From Chara braunii (taxonomy: Eukaryota; Plantae; Charophyceae): a DNA stretch of 64,000 nt. The DNA lies in NCBI GenBank assembly GCA_003427395.1, contig BFEA01000011.1, positions 4,980,328-5,044,327 on the forward strand, read 5' to 3'. The notes below the pieces were generated by a model that saw only the letters and a program-made list of their open reading frames with translations, was not told the DNA's origin and ran no database searches. A program made the translations under genes and the position numbers. Positions 1 through 14,450 of the stretch are shown piece after piece; position 1 is the stretch's first letter, and every line of letters starts with the position of its first letter.

Positions 1-1494
1 CTCTCGCGACTCCCTACGACAGGTTAGGGATGCCGCGAGGTACAACATACCTCCACCTGCGGGAGCTGTCACCATCTCTTAGGTGGGTGTAACCCTGCTG
101 AGCTACTGACCCACGTGCGAAGGCTTTTACATGCAATCGCAAAGGTAGGCCAACCGAGGGCGTTTTCTCGATCGCCGTAGCATAGGCATACGCGCGGTAG
201 AACGCCTTAAGACTGACCCGTATGTCGAGCCCCGAGGTGCTAACTCTCAGGACCGACTATCCAATCAGGTCGACTTCTTGGACAGTCTTCCACGCTTAGC
301 TAACTATGACAATGACTCTATGTTCCCTTTGTCGACCTTATGAAAAATGTCAGAGTCGGACCCGTAGTGATCTCTCATTCTTCTCAAAAGAAGTCCCAAA
401 CAGAATGACTTCCTAGGTACAGACTGACCTAAGATCCCATCCACAAGTATATATATATACATATATGTATGTAAATCAGGGGAGCTGACTGAGCGGTGAA
501 CCTCACTTTCACAATTGTCGTGTCCCTTTGCCCGAATTTCTCAGACGATCCCAAACTCAGAAGACAGCACAAGTGTCCAACACCTGTGCAAATGCAAGAA
601 ACAGCATACACACATACAAATGCAGACACAAAATGCGCTAAAAACGTCCACCTTTAATCCATTCATAGCATGCCACTCACGCCCTAAACCCTTGAAAACA
701 ACATTCATTCCTAACCCTGACTCCATTTTACCCCAACCCCACACATTTTTGAAGACTCCTGAGTGTGATTTGGACAATTTAGGCATAGATACAGGGGGAA
801 GATTTATCTGTTTCCTTCTTAGGTCTTGTCTTAGATGTGGGTGTCAAGCCATGGTGGAAGTTGAGTCGGAGTTCTACCGACCTGTTATCCAGAGATAACA
901 GAATTGTTGCTCTTCGGATTCCCCGTAAGTTCTCCGAAGTGTCGAAACCTGCAGACATAACACAATCCAAGAGAATCGTAATATCTCTCTTCTTAAATAA
1001 GATCTAGAAAGTTCCTTCTAGACTCTGTGTCCTTTGTCTGACTTCTATCCTTAACTAATTGTTTGGGCTTTTGCCCTTTTGCTTCAGGTAGTGAATAATA
1101 ATTTACTTCTCCTTTTATTGTCGTACTAACTCCCCATATTCTCCTCACTATCTCATTCCTATCCTTTTCTGGATCATCCTGTCTGAGTTCCCTTCCTTCT
1201 CCCAATACACATGAACACATCATCAATCCAACTTGTGAAAATAATCTCATGGAAAGAAAATCAGACAAATGAATAGTCTCTCTTTAAGGTAAGATCTCAC
1301 TTATCCCCTCTCAGTAGAATCAGAGATAGCTAGTTAGGAATGAACAATGCAGATTGTGAAAAAAGTTAGAGGTGGTATGACAGACCATTCAGGATATATC
1401 CACTTCTTACTTGAACTTGTTTGACAAATGCAAATTTTGTGGGTCTTGGCCCTTGTGAGCCAAAGCACACTTAGTGGTAGGCTTATCCTATGGC

Positions 1495-2330
1495 TAGTCA
1501 CTAATAAGGCAGGTGTCCTTGAAACCTCGCTACTTCTTATATTGGATTAGTCACTGATAAGACAGGATTCCCCTGCTACTCTTATCACTGACTAGCCCTC
1601 AACAAGGCGGGTGCCCAAGGATCCTTGCTACTCTTATCACTGACTACGTCCTAGGATGTTTATTGATAAGGCAGGTGTCCTTGAAACCTCATAACTCTTA
1701 TATCAGACTAGTCATTGATAAGACAGAATTCCTCTGCTACTCTTATCACTGACTAGCCCTCAATAAGGCAGGTGTCCAAGGGTCCTTGCTTACTCTTACC
1801 ACTGAAAAAAATGTTAGGTTTAATTAGTGATAAGGCAGGTGTCCTTGAAACCTCACAATTCTTACATCAGACTAGTCACTGATAAGACAGGATTCCCCTG
1901 CTACTCTTATCAGTGACTAGCCCATAATAAGGCGGGTGTCCAAGGGTTCTTGCTTACTCTTACCACTAAAAAGAATGCTAGGTTTAATCAGTTATAAGGC
2001 ATGTGTCCTTGAAACCTCACAACTCTTATATCAGACTAGTCACTGATAAGACAGGATTCCCTTGCTACTCTTATCACTGGCTAGCCCTCAATAAGACGGG
2101 TGTCCAATGGTCCTTGCGTACTCTTACCACTGAAAAAAATGCTAAGTTGGTTAATGATAAGGCAGGTGTCCTTGAAACCTCACAACTCTTATATCAGACT
2201 AGTCACTGATAAGACAGGATTCCCCTGTTACTCTTATCACTGGCTAGCCCTCAATAAGGCAGGTATCCAAGGGTCCTTGCACTTACCACTGACCAAGAGT
2301 AAGGCTCGTTTGGAGTTAAGGCAGGCTTTC
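1495..2330. repeat. Tandem array, about 5 units of about 164 bp with internal sub-repeats
   Basis: ATAAGGCAGGTGTCCTTGAAACCTC recurs at about 1504, 1666, 1829, 1994 and 2157. Confidence 0.9.
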
Positions 2331-3067
2331 CCTGCTATTCTTACCCCCACACAAGTCTTATCTATGGCTCAAGTCATCGCTTTCGATGACATTCGAGCCT
2401 AGAATCGTTTGTTAGTTTGGAGACTTATTGCTGGATCAGATGTATAATCAGCAATGATCGGTGTGATCCATGACAGTTGATTATGACAACTCAAATCAAG
2501 GTACCCATTACCTGTTTGGATGGGATATAGAGAGAATGATCGCGAGAGGTCGGTAGCTTGTATCCATACCTCTCAATCAATGCCCACAATAAGATTGTTG
2601 TATCAAAAAGCAATCAGTTTTATACTCAGCCACCCCTTTCTCTACCCGCAATCCAAGACCTGAAGAGTTATTGATTTCGAATAGCTAATCCTTATGATCA
2701 TCGTTACGATGATTGCTTGTATGAGACAGTACATGGGTCGAAGGAACGTACCTCGTCGTTCCCTGCCTCCACAGTTCCGCCTGAACTCCGGCAGAGCTCC
2801 CGCAATTGCCCTGTTACATGGATCAAAACATGAAATGAGAATCCTTTGTGCATGAATCTCGATCTCAGTAAGCCATTGGAACATACAATTTTCACTTATG
2901 TTATTTGAAAGTGGTTTTGTGCTTATGTAGGGTTTAGGCATAAGAAAGCGAAGGAGGATGAAGGATGTAAGAGTCGTCATACTTGCTGGCGCCCCTCCTT
3001 CGCTCTATTGCCTCGCACCCCTGTCCGATGCTGATCCCCTATTCTAGTATGTGGTCCCGACGATATA

Positions 3068-3102
3068 AGTAATAATAATGCCAATAACAATAATATTGAT
3101 AA

Positions 3103-3166
<64 letters not shown>

Positions 3167-3200
3167 GAAATAACAATAATAATAAAATACTGATAAAAGA

Positions 3201-3242
<42 letters not shown>
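3068..3242. repeat. (AAT)n microsatellite, one of many; others include (CT)n 8092-8266 and 41510-41646, (GT)n(GA)n 24279-24368, poly-G 20903-20991
   Basis: Directly visible simple repeats. Confidence 0.95.
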
Positions 3243-3243
<1 letters not shown>

Positions 3244-5698
3244 TCCAAGATTATGAACGATATCAAAATCCGGGTTGCGAGATCACACAGTCGTCTAAAT
3301 AGTCATATATAAGCAGCGAGTATCATAGCTCTGCGCATTAAGCCAAACAGAGCAATACAATGTAGTAGTGAGCCAAAACTCAAGTTCTCAGACCCATGTC
3401 AATCCCAATGCCCCAGCCTACTTCACTCCACAACTTTACCTACGGTCTCTTCCTTCTTTCTCTCTTTGCCCTCCTTTGTTGTACTCATGTTTTCTTTCTC
3501 TCTGCGTCATTGTGTATCACAGTTTGCGCGTGTTGCTGTTCTCATGCAGGAGAAGGGCGAAGGAAGTGAACCTGCTAATAATAGTACTACTACTACTACT
3601 ACTACTAATAATAATTATATTACTAATTAGTTGCTAGGGACATGAATGTAGACGAAGCACTGAAATTCACCTCGCAGATTCATATGATCAGTCTAAGTAG
3701 CCAAAACAAAAATAGATAGCATAATGGAACCAAGTAGCCACCCTTTTGAAAATGATACAGCAGGTTTGTACGTCAAGGTCCAAGTCCAAATGGCAGTACC
3801 AACAGTGTATCCCAATGTAACTCTCTCCCGGCCTGGTGCTTACACCGGTGAATGCACCGGTGTCCCAATCATATTTGTTTTCCCGGTGTGTCGTTCACCC
3901 GGTATTGTCTGTTCACCCGAGATTGTCCGTTCACCCGGTATGTCTGATCATCCGGTATTGTCTATTCGTCTTTCCCTCTTCCCCGCAATGTGTGTGTGTG
4001 TCCCAGTGTATGAATGTGTCTTACTGTATCTGTGCGTGAGACACGTGATTGCGTATCCGCCGCAGCATATCTGAGCGTCGGTCTTTGGCTGTTTGTCCCA
4101 GACAGTTACGCCTGTCTGGCTCAGACTGTGCCCGTCTGTCCCAGACCGTTCTTGTCTTTCTCAAGCTGCGTCCGTCTGGATCAGACTGTGGTTGTCCCAG
4201 TCCATTTCTGCAAGTACTACGAGGGGCTGTGTGCACCATGGCCGACGGAAAGGACAGATCAGCGAGCTGCAGAAGTATAAGTCAAGAGGCAGCGCCCGAC
4301 CTCTGATTCATTCCCGCTCCGTAAGCCATGCGGAAGCGTTGCTGCCACGTACCGTGCGAGGGGGTCTGCAGCATGCCCGAAGGAAGAAGTGGGCGAGAGA
4401 GAAGTAGTGTAGTTGCAGTGCAGTAACCCGCACTCAGCAGAGGCCGGACTGTGTGACCACGCACTACCCGGCTCAGCCCAGCGTCTGGCCAGTGAGACCC
4501 AGCGCTGGACTGGGGGAAATTCAAGGGTCAAAGTCAAATGTCGGGTCGCAGGTACCATACCCAAGTCCATGAATCAGATATGCACATGTGTTTGTATGCG
4601 GGCACCAGGCCAAGACATCAGACCAAGGGAGAATCGGTTGTGGACCGACCCAGTCTGTCGCAGCATCAAGATCTGAACGGCACAGGACCTCTGCGTTGGG
4701 GCATTGACCCCCCCCCGAGTCAACACTACTTAAGGTTGACTCCTGGCTTTGACATCATCCATTCGGTCGCGAGTCAAAGCTGACTTTACTCTGATGCGAC
4801 ACTGGCTTGTGAGATGCTGGCTACCTGCTGGCTGAGCGCTGGCGTTCTTCAGCGTTGACGCGTTGTTTGCTTGCTGGCACGGTGGCTGGCTTGCTTCTGT
4901 CTACAAGGTGCTCGACCACGTGTCATTGCTGATGAGGCTGCTGCCACGTAGTGGGATGGTGACGTGGCTGCGCCACGTGTTTATTGGTTGTTCAGACTAT
5001 CATCGTTCCGAAGGAGGTCAGGGACTGTGGGGATGAGATGACACATACCTGTTTATTGAGGCGCGCTCCTTTGGTGAAGAAAAAGCTGATGTGCCACGTG
5101 GCACTTTGAGGAACTCGGATTTGTGTTTGGAATGGCGCTGTTGGAGAGGGGCGAATCTGTTTGGCCTGAAGAAGAAGTGGATTTCTTCTTCTTTCTCCCT
5201 CTAAGTCCCTTCTTCTTCTTCTCTCTCTCTTGTCTATGAATGTATATACTTGGCTTCGGAACAGATTTGATCGACATTATTCACCAACAAGACTGGTTTA
5301 CTCGAGTTGCTTTGTCATTGAGCCACTGGACTTGAGTTGCGCGAGCGCTGATGCTCGCTCGTTGCTGTGAACAGTATCTGGACGTCCGATGAGTGTTATC
5401 TCGCCTGGGTCTGGGTTCGTTGCAGAAGCGATAGGTTAGCGGCAACCATCGTTGTCGTAGCCGTAGCATATGGTGTCGTGTGTGTACTGCACGGGTTTTT
5501 AGTGTGTTACGTGTGGGATATCCAGGGTGTTTCAGTGTGTGAACAACGAGTTGTTTGCCGCTAAGTCGCTACTGCCAGTGAAGGTGTACTCTCATCTGGA
5601 TGCCTTATCTCTGAGCAGTGATTGGGCGCATGGCGCCAGTTTGCCGTGCTGCCGTTCACATGCATGAAAAGTGTGAATGGAAGCGAGTACGATTGCAC

Positions 5699-5762
<64 letters not shown>

Positions 5763-6678
5763 GCCATGAAGACGGCAACTTCAGAAATCAAACAGCAGTA
5801 TATACACAAGATCTGACTGTCGTGGCATGAACCAACAGTAACATTGCATCACGAGACTCACCAAAGTAGAACACAGCATCATCATCAATGACAATGCTGG
5901 AATAGTATCATCCTTATCAACGAAGTAGAACCGATGTTGATATCCCATCCGGCGCTCGGCGCCCAAACTACAGGTTGCAGATCCTATACTATAATGCCAC
6001 AGGTGATGTCAAAAGTTCCCTCAAATCATGAGCAGGTATCAGCTAATGCCGCACGATTCTTGCACCAGGTATGTCTCTCGCATCACTCGCAACCTCGGTC
6101 CCGAACACAGATGCTACTTGCACCCGAAGTCATTATCACACAACGGCGCCACTCTGATATGGCTGCCTGCTCAGTCCGTGCATATTCATCTGCTATACTT
6201 GTTTATCCCTGTTTTTCCCTGTCTGTTCGTGCGTGTCTGCCCTCTGTAGGTTCGCTTCTGTATATCTGTTTAGTTCATCTGTGGTGGCATGCATTTGCCT
6301 GTTCTCTCTCTCTCTCCCTTCTCTCACTTTTTTCCCTCGTTGTCTGTAGATACTGAGTTAGTCAGGTAGAAAGAGAGAGTAGGAAAGAGATGGTGGGCTT
6401 CAGAAGAAGGAGAGAAAACTCTCTCGTCCTGTGCGTGTACGTGGGTTCGTGAGGTATTCCAGGGTGATCCAGGTTTGAAGTGTGAAGTGCCCAGGGCCGT
6501 CGGACATCGTGGCAAGAGTCACGATGCGCGGTGCTGATGCACCGTAGCCTGTCGAAGCGCGCTTGCATCTGAATTGGGCCTTGGATTCCATATCTTCGAG
6601 CTGTGTGTTGGGTGTTATGTGCCCGCGAGGATCCTCATCTGTTCGAAGAACTGAAAAGGGAGCCTAATTTTGTTTAAC

Positions 6679-6721
<43 letters not shown>

Positions 6722-6723
6722 TC

Positions 6724-6758
<35 letters not shown>

Positions 6759-7144
6759 TAATAATAATAATTAAAAAAAATAATAATAATAATAATTATT
6801 ATAATAAAATTTTGAGCAATAGCGGACTTCAGAACATACTCAAGTCCAGATAGTCGTGACCTCGTACCAACAGCGGGATTGCATTACGAGGTTCACCAAG
6901 TAGGGCACAACAAGGGCACAGTTTTGACATTGCTGAAATAGTCCCGTCATCATCATCAACGAAGTACCAGAGTAGGTATCCTATCTGGCCTATACTACAA
7001 TGCTGCTGATGACGTCAACTGCTCTCTGAGTACGAGCAGATCTCTTGCCAATGTTGCACGCTTCAAGCATCAGGGATATCTCTCGCCTCACTCACAACCT
7101 TGGTCTCCCACACAGATGTCACTTACACCTAGAACTAGCATTTA

Positions 7145-7228
<84 letters not shown>

Positions 7229-7608
7229 GTGCAAAGAAAACGCGTAGCAGCAAACTTCAACAATCAAACAGCATCATAGACCTCGAACCAGCAGTAGCGT
7301 TGCATCACGAGATTCGCCAAATAAGAACACACCAAGACCTCATAACTGACAATGCTGAACTAGTCCCACTATCATCAACGAAGAACCAAATTTGATATCC
7401 TACTTGGCGCCCGGCGCCCAGACTACGTATTGCAGATCTTGTCTAGCCTACACTACAATGCTGAAGATGATGACAACAAGTTTTTTTTTTTTTCCCGAGT
7501 GCGACCAGTGCCGCAGTCATCAGTACCAGGTAAGTTTTCTCGTTTTCACTCACAGCCTCGTTCTTCAACACACAGATGCCACTTGCACTCAGAACCTCCA
7601 CGCACCTG

Positions 7609-7692
<84 letters not shown>

Positions 7693-8080
7693 GTAATAAT
7701 AATATTCAAGAAAGATGAGGATTAGCGAACTTCAGCAATCAAACAGGATCATATACACAAGGCTTAGATAGTCGTGACCTTGAACCAACAACAAAAGTGC
7801 ATCACGGGTTTCACCAACTAAGAGCACGGCAAAAGCTCATATTTGACACTGCTGAAATAGCCTCATCATCATCAACGAAGAACAAGAGTTGATATCCTAT
7901 CTGGCGCTCGGCGCCCAAACTACATGTGGCAGATCCTATCTACGAAGCCGAAAGATGACATCAACAGCATCCCCGAAGTACGAGCATATGGCGACCACTG
8001 TCGCACGCTTCCAGCACCAGGTATGTCTCGTGCTTCACTCACAACCTCGTTCCTTCACTCACAGATGCAGTGTGCATCTC
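5699..8080. repeat. Four diverged units of about 350 bp, each preceded by an (AAT)n microsatellite
   Basis: Units at about 5775-6130, 6822-7142, 7250-7607 and 7725-8080 share ACTTCAG.., TGCATCACG, ATCAACGAAG, GGCGCTCGGCGCCCA, CACCAGGTATGT, ACACAGATG. Confidence 0.8.
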
Positions 8081-8087
8081 GCCTCTC

Positions 8088-8176
<89 letters not shown>

Positions 8177-8177
8177 N

Positions 8178-8268
<91 letters not shown>

Positions 8269-8493
8269 AACCTCATCGTCGTCCGCCTTAATACTCCTCG
8301 ATCCGTCAGAAAATCTGCCCCGACATGCAGCATACTGAAACCATAGCACGCGGGGTACATCAGGCATAAGTGCGCACTTCTGACAAGTCGGGCGATGATG
8401 GGCACAATGTGCATTCCAACATGTCGGGCGATGACGGGCCCAACCTCGCGACCCCATTCGCGGAGTATACATACTCAGGTAAGATTAAACCGC

Positions 8494-8544
<51 letters not shown>

Positions 8545-9968
8545 AACAAATAGAATGTATACAAGCTATCTCTCCGGTCCGGTACAGTAAAATGAGGGTA
8601 CATTGTATTTCAGGGGAGCAAATCGTATGACAGCAGGGACAGTGATCAACGACGACCAGGTAGGTCTCTCACCCTCTCCTTCTCGCTTTCTTTCCCTCTC
8701 TCTCTCCCTGTTAGCCCGTTACAACATTTCATTCTTCCGCGTGTGATTGTCTGTTGTTGCCTCCTCACCTCCATCGACAAAACCTCCGAGATCACCTCGG
8801 CCCAGACACTTCATCGGATCATTCAATCGGTAGGAGCGACAGACGATGTGTACAAAGAGCAGGGACGTAATCATAGGGAGCTGGTGACTGGCACTAACAA
8901 GGCATTCCTAGTTCAAGATCGATAATTACAACAATTGATCCGTGATGATAATAAACAATAATAAATAATAATAATAATAAATAATAAAGTAATAATAATA
9001 TTTGTAATAAGTCATAATAAATGACACTACCTATCCTCATAGTCAGATACAGTCATGTCAGGATTTCTCGTAGAGGGATGACTGTTGACTAATCAATACA
9101 TTTCTTTTTTCCTCTCTTATGTACGGCCATCTCCATTCCTCGCTGTGCGCACCTCCTCCTCTTGCACTATACCTGGCCATAATGCCAGTCCGATTTGGTT
9201 TGAAAGGGAAAGTCGATCTATCCTCCCCCCCCCATTTCTCTCTCTCGTGCTTTCTCTGTGTGTGTGCGTGTTCGCCCGCTCTCTCTCTCTCTCCTTGGTC
9301 GAATCATGAACGTCTCACGCACACGCATTCCATCGATAGGACGAGCAAAGCGGAATGAATCATCTGCTGAAACGGGGAAACATACACTGTTACTTTTTGA
9401 TTTGCTCGTTCTATCGATCCAAGTAGCGCGCAGCGAGGCGCGGGTTGGTGACTTAGCCGTTGGTCAAGGTTGGAGACTTATCGTCTCTCTCTCACTCTCT
9501 CTCCTCCTCTCCCACTCTCTCCCCTCTCTCTCACGTAGTCCGCAGATACTAAGAAGTCAGGTAGGAAGAGGGTGAAGAAGAGATGGTGGACTATGAAGAG
9601 GGAGAAGGAGAACTCTCTCCTTCACACACACACACACACACACACACAATCATACCATCGATAGAATGAGCAAAAACGAAATGAATCTTCCGCTGAAACG
9701 TGGAAATATACCCTGCCACTTTTTGATTTGCTCATCTATCGATCCAAGTAGCGTGCGACGAGCCGTGGGAGACTTATACTCTCTCTCTCACACAATTGGT
9801 ACACGATTGACACTCCACGAGCGAGCAAGATCGAACGCCCGACAGTGGGCGAGCAGCAGCGAAGACGCGATAGCGGCTGACGCAAATAGCAGCGCATATT
9901 TCCATGTTATATTCGGAGATTCGTAGCTCATACTATCTACGGAAGCACCGCGAGGTCCGCCGCGATCT

Positions 9969-10013
<45 letters not shown>

Positions 10014-11610
10014 CACACACATATACACACATTCGCGATTGACCATCCTGCAGGTGAGCCGTCTCTCTTCCCGTTTCTTCTCCTCTACTCCTCCTTCTAC
10101 TTCTCCTCCCGTCCCCTTTACCTCATTACCGTTTCTCGCTCCACCCCGTGCATTCTTCCTTCATCTATACGTAGCATCTGGGAGTAATCGTAGTCAGATG
10201 TTCGGCGTATCTGACCACAATATCATTCGGGTATGTTGGACGCAGCGATGTGGAGGGCAGTCGCGGTCACTATGATAAAAACGGCAGTTCGCAAGGTAAG
10301 CATCACCTTATTCCTTTCCCCTTTTTACCCTTTTCTCTTCATTTCACATGTGCATGTTCATACCTCTTCCTCTTATCAGTTCCATGCACACACACATGTG
10401 GTAATGTATATTTCCACATTATAGCGGTAGGTTCATTTGTGGGGTAGGAGACTTACCTTGCTTCTCTCCCTCATCGTCGTTGTCGTCGTCTTCGTCGTCG
10501 TCGGAGCCCGCAGATGCATCGCATTTTCCCCGGCGGCAAACCGTTGAGGTCACCGTGATCAGACACTTCACCGGATCACTCAATCGGTATGAGCGATGGA
10601 GACGTGTATAAAGGTAGGGCCGTAATCAGCGCGAGCTGATGACTCGCGCTTACTAGGCAAGATCGATAATCACAACACTCTACCCCCGTAGCGATGAAAA
10701 CCCACTTCCCGTTTCCCTCTTCTTCTTCTTCTTCTTCTTCTTCTTCTTCTTCTTCTCCTTCTTCTTCTTTTTCTTCTTCTTCCTCTTCCTACACTACTTC
10801 TCTGCGCGCGGCCAGCTTCTTCTTCCTTTGCGCACCTCCTCCTCCTGCGTTCTCATCTTTTTTTTTTTTTTTTTTTCTTCCCTCCCTCTTCTTCCTTTCT
10901 ACTTCTTCTCCCTACTTGCGCCACTTTCTCCCGCTTGCGCTACTTTCCCGTGCGGTCTCTCCACCTCGGTTCCGTTCGGAGTTTTCCCCCGTCTAGACTC
11001 CGAGGTGGCGAGCTCCCTGGCTCGCGATCCGCTCTGCGTCCCCGTTCTCCCGAGGGCGTGAGCCAGTATCAAGCCGGCTAAGCTCGATGTCCCGGATCCA
11101 CAGTTTCGACTGAATGAATCTTCCCGTGGTTGTGGAGCGGATTCATTGAGGCGGGTGGATCTCGTGAGGTACGAGATCGAGAGGAAGAAAGACAAGCCAA
11201 AACAAAATTAATAAAAGTAAATAAAAGAAGAATCTAACTAAACTAATAAAAAAAATAAAAATAAAAATAAAAGAAAAGAACAGAATCTAACTACTAACTG
11301 TTTTAGCCTGGCAAGTGGCGGGCCACGTTACAACAAAGGTTCAATCCAACTAACCTACTAACAACAACTACCTCTTAATCTGGAGGTCGCGGGTTCAAGC
11401 CCCCGCCTACAGAGATCAGAGGTGAAATGATACGGGGCTCCTCGTCAAAAGGAACTAACCCGCAGGCAGGCAAACTCAATCCACGAGTTTATCATTTGTC
11501 AATTTATACCAAAACCTACCAGGCTAGCTCCTGTTTTAAGTAATATAAGAGTAGTCTTGGTATAAGTAGAGGATTCGGGCTCGGTCCGCCTAGTGGCCCG
11601 AGCCCAATTC

Positions 11611-11800
11611 TAAGTCTGTGCATGTGCATGCTTGCCGGTCTGCATGCCTATCTGAGTGCTTGCCGACTTGAGTGTGTGCTCAGCCCACAAGGGCACTTGA
11701 TTGACTCGAAGGTTCGAAGGCCGATACTTACCAGCGGCCGTGGTATTAAGGGTTACGGCAGGGAAAACACTCAGGNGGNGGGGAAAGAGGCCCGCCATAC
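11611..11800 (+). repeat. Dispersed repeat; inverted copy at about 46205-46411
   Basis: AAGTCTGTGCATGTGCATGCTTGC..CAAGGGCACTT..TACTTACC..GAAAACACTCA..AAGAGGCCCGC matches the reverse complement of 46205-46411. Confidence 0.75.
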
Positions 11801-12389
11801 CTAAGATCAGCGGAAAAACTCTATTAGCAGGTTGGCTGGTGCCACACCAAGTAAAGGTGGACGTGCCGGATACTCAAGGCCGAGTAGAAGAAGACAAAGT
11901 TGACATTTTTAGAGGCCTTGTACCGGTACGTAGACCGGTACCCGTCCATGCCTCAGCGTGTGTTGTAAATCTACCCGACGCACCATTAACTCAATCAACC
12001 TCTCGACCTTTCTGGTCGGAGGGTATTACTGGTGATCCTAACCACCACAGTGCGCGTCATAACAATGCGCGCTTATACTTTTCGAAATTTTCTCACCGAT
12101 TTTTGTCCCCAGCTTCAATAGCCGAGTTAACCGTTTCAAGTGTCACGCTCAAGCGTGCACACCCTTTCCATTCCAGACTGGCTCCATCATGGTAGCCGAC
12201 GCCGTCACTGTGTCGAATGTAAAAGCATGGCCAAATACCCTTGTAAGGGTATTTGGTCCGACAGCGTAACTATGATCATGATGACAAGGGCTACGAGTAC
12301 GAGTGTGTTTTCAATTGTGCCTACTCTGAATCCAACTCAAGACGCACCGATGCCATCAACAAATCAGAAACCAACACCAATTAGTCTTT

Positions 12390-14450
12390 CCATCCCCTAT
12401 GTTCCCCAGATCCTCTCCAAGTTGGCTTCGCCACCCACCACTCGGTACCTTCCACTTACCATCTTCGCCCTCCAAAAACTCTTCTTTTGGCTTTGCTCTC
12501 CTCATGACTTCTTTGTCGCCTCAACTTCAACTTGCTTCTCAAGTTGGAATCAACTCCTCTCCTCCTCAACTTATCATATCTCTCATTTGTTCTTCAATGG
12601 ATCCGACATGGTGTAAAACTGAAGTTCGTTGGCATGAAGCATATCCCCACAAGGAAAATTATTAAAGTTCACCGTATGGTGAAAATTTTGTTACCAGCCT
12701 CCTGCTTCAAGTTCAAATCTGCCATGGAACTGCAGTATCCCCCTCCTGTTACTATCCTCAACGACCATCTTCTTCCCCACCGTAACCGTTTCTCAACTTT
12801 TGGCAACTAAAATTATCGAGCATTCCCCCTTTTCAACTGTAATCAATCTTGTCCTTGCAACTGATAACTCTTTCGAAACCCACTTCATCTTTCAAGTTGA
12901 TGTCAGATTTGTCAATCTCTTTCTCTCCTTTCCCGAATTCCACTTCAAGTCTATTGATGAATTGATCGCTCTCCTCGCTGGATCTCCCGTTCATGACTTC
13001 TTCACCTGTTTTAACATAAAAAACGGGTACTACCATATCCCCATCCACCCCTGCCATAAAAGTTATCTTGCTTTTCAATGGAATGGTCAATCTTTTCATT
13101 TCACAACCTTGTGTTTTGGGGTATCAACTGCATGTTGGATCTTTACCACTATCATGCAAGAAATTATGACCGAGGTAAGGATCCGAGTTTTTTTTGTAAT
13201 ATCATACATAAATGATTACGCCATTACAAACCCTAACCTCTCACTCATCATTTGACAATCTTTCAACTTCGTGACACTTTTACACAATCTTGGTTTCTTT
13301 CTTAGCCTCACAAAGTGTTATTTTCTACCAAGCCAACAAATCAAGTTTTTTGGCTTCATCATCGACTCTCGTGACAAACGCATTACGATCTCAGCCGACT
13401 AGATAGAAAAGATCCTCCACCTCGTCAAAGTCACTTCTTCACTACCCACCTCCAATATGACTCTCGCGAAGCTTGTTTGAAAACTCATTTCCCTCGTCAA
13501 AGCTTTCCTCCCCGCCCCTCTTTATACTTCCCCCGTCTACGAAATTATCTTCTCCTCCAACTGGGATAGCCCCGTTCAAATCACTAACGACCTTATCCAA
13601 GATCTCACTTGGTGGGCAACTTCCTCATCTTACCGACCGTCTTTGGCCCACTCGTTCACCCCTCATCCTCATCTCCACTGATGCCTCAACTTCGCAAATA
13701 GTCACCGTCATAAAACCTTCAGGCTTTCACCCCTTCATATTTAATGAATGTCTACTTGCTTTCCTACTCTCCTCCTCCTCCACCCACAAAGAACTCTTTG
13801 CTATCCTCCAAACCGTGTTTTTCCTCTATTCAAAATACTCATCCCTTCTTTTCTCATCCGCAATCCGACTTCAATGGGACAGTCAAGCCACGGTCGCTGT
13901 ACTCTCGAAGATGCATTCTTCATACCCTACCTTTAATCCTTAGTTGCATCAAATCTCCTCGATATTGATCAACCTCGATGTTCAGCTCACTCCCGTATGA
14001 ATCCCTAGAGCTCTAAACCAAGAAGCTATGCCATCTCCAAAGTCGAAGACAACTCTGACTGGGGACTCGCCGATCATAAAATGACCAATATTGAAGTCGA
14101 CGCACCAACAATCGACTTATTCACTTCAGATTACCATCACACCTCCGCCATCTTCGCTTCTTGCACCTGGTTCCACCAAACATCTTTTACGAACGCCCTC
14201 TCTCTAGATTGGAACATCCTACCATCCTCCTCCTATCGCTGGCTTTTCCTACCAATCCTTTTAATCCACACCGTCTTATCTCGTGTAGAACTTAGCCTAG
14301 CATCATATGTTCTTATTCACCGCCGTATCTCCCAAATTGGGCATGGTTGTGGTCGCCCGGTCCATCATATTATTCTCGTCTCCATAGTTGTTTCCTCTCT
14401 CCTCACGACCACCCGTGCACATTCAAATTGGACATGGTCATGATTATGAC
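12390..14450 (+). mobile_element. Degenerate DIRS-type (tyrosine-recombinase class) retrotransposon: RT, RNase H and adenine-methyltransferase-like domains
   Basis: RT motifs NIKNGYYHIPIHP, FTTLCFGVSTACWIFT, SYINDY; RNase H STDAS, SSTHKELFAI, DSQATV; MT-like PTIDLF..NALSLDW..LFLP; stops and frameshifts; no recombinase ORF seen. Confidence 0.85.

Noticed and set aside
1495-2330. Possible CRISPR array
   Set aside because: Intervening sequences are themselves repeated, there are no unique spacers or cas genes, and the context is eukaryotic.
11724-11740. U1 snRNA 5' end (ATACTTACC); similar at 14583 and 63405
   Set aside because: Downstream sequence does not match U1; these are reverse-complement splice-donor motifs.
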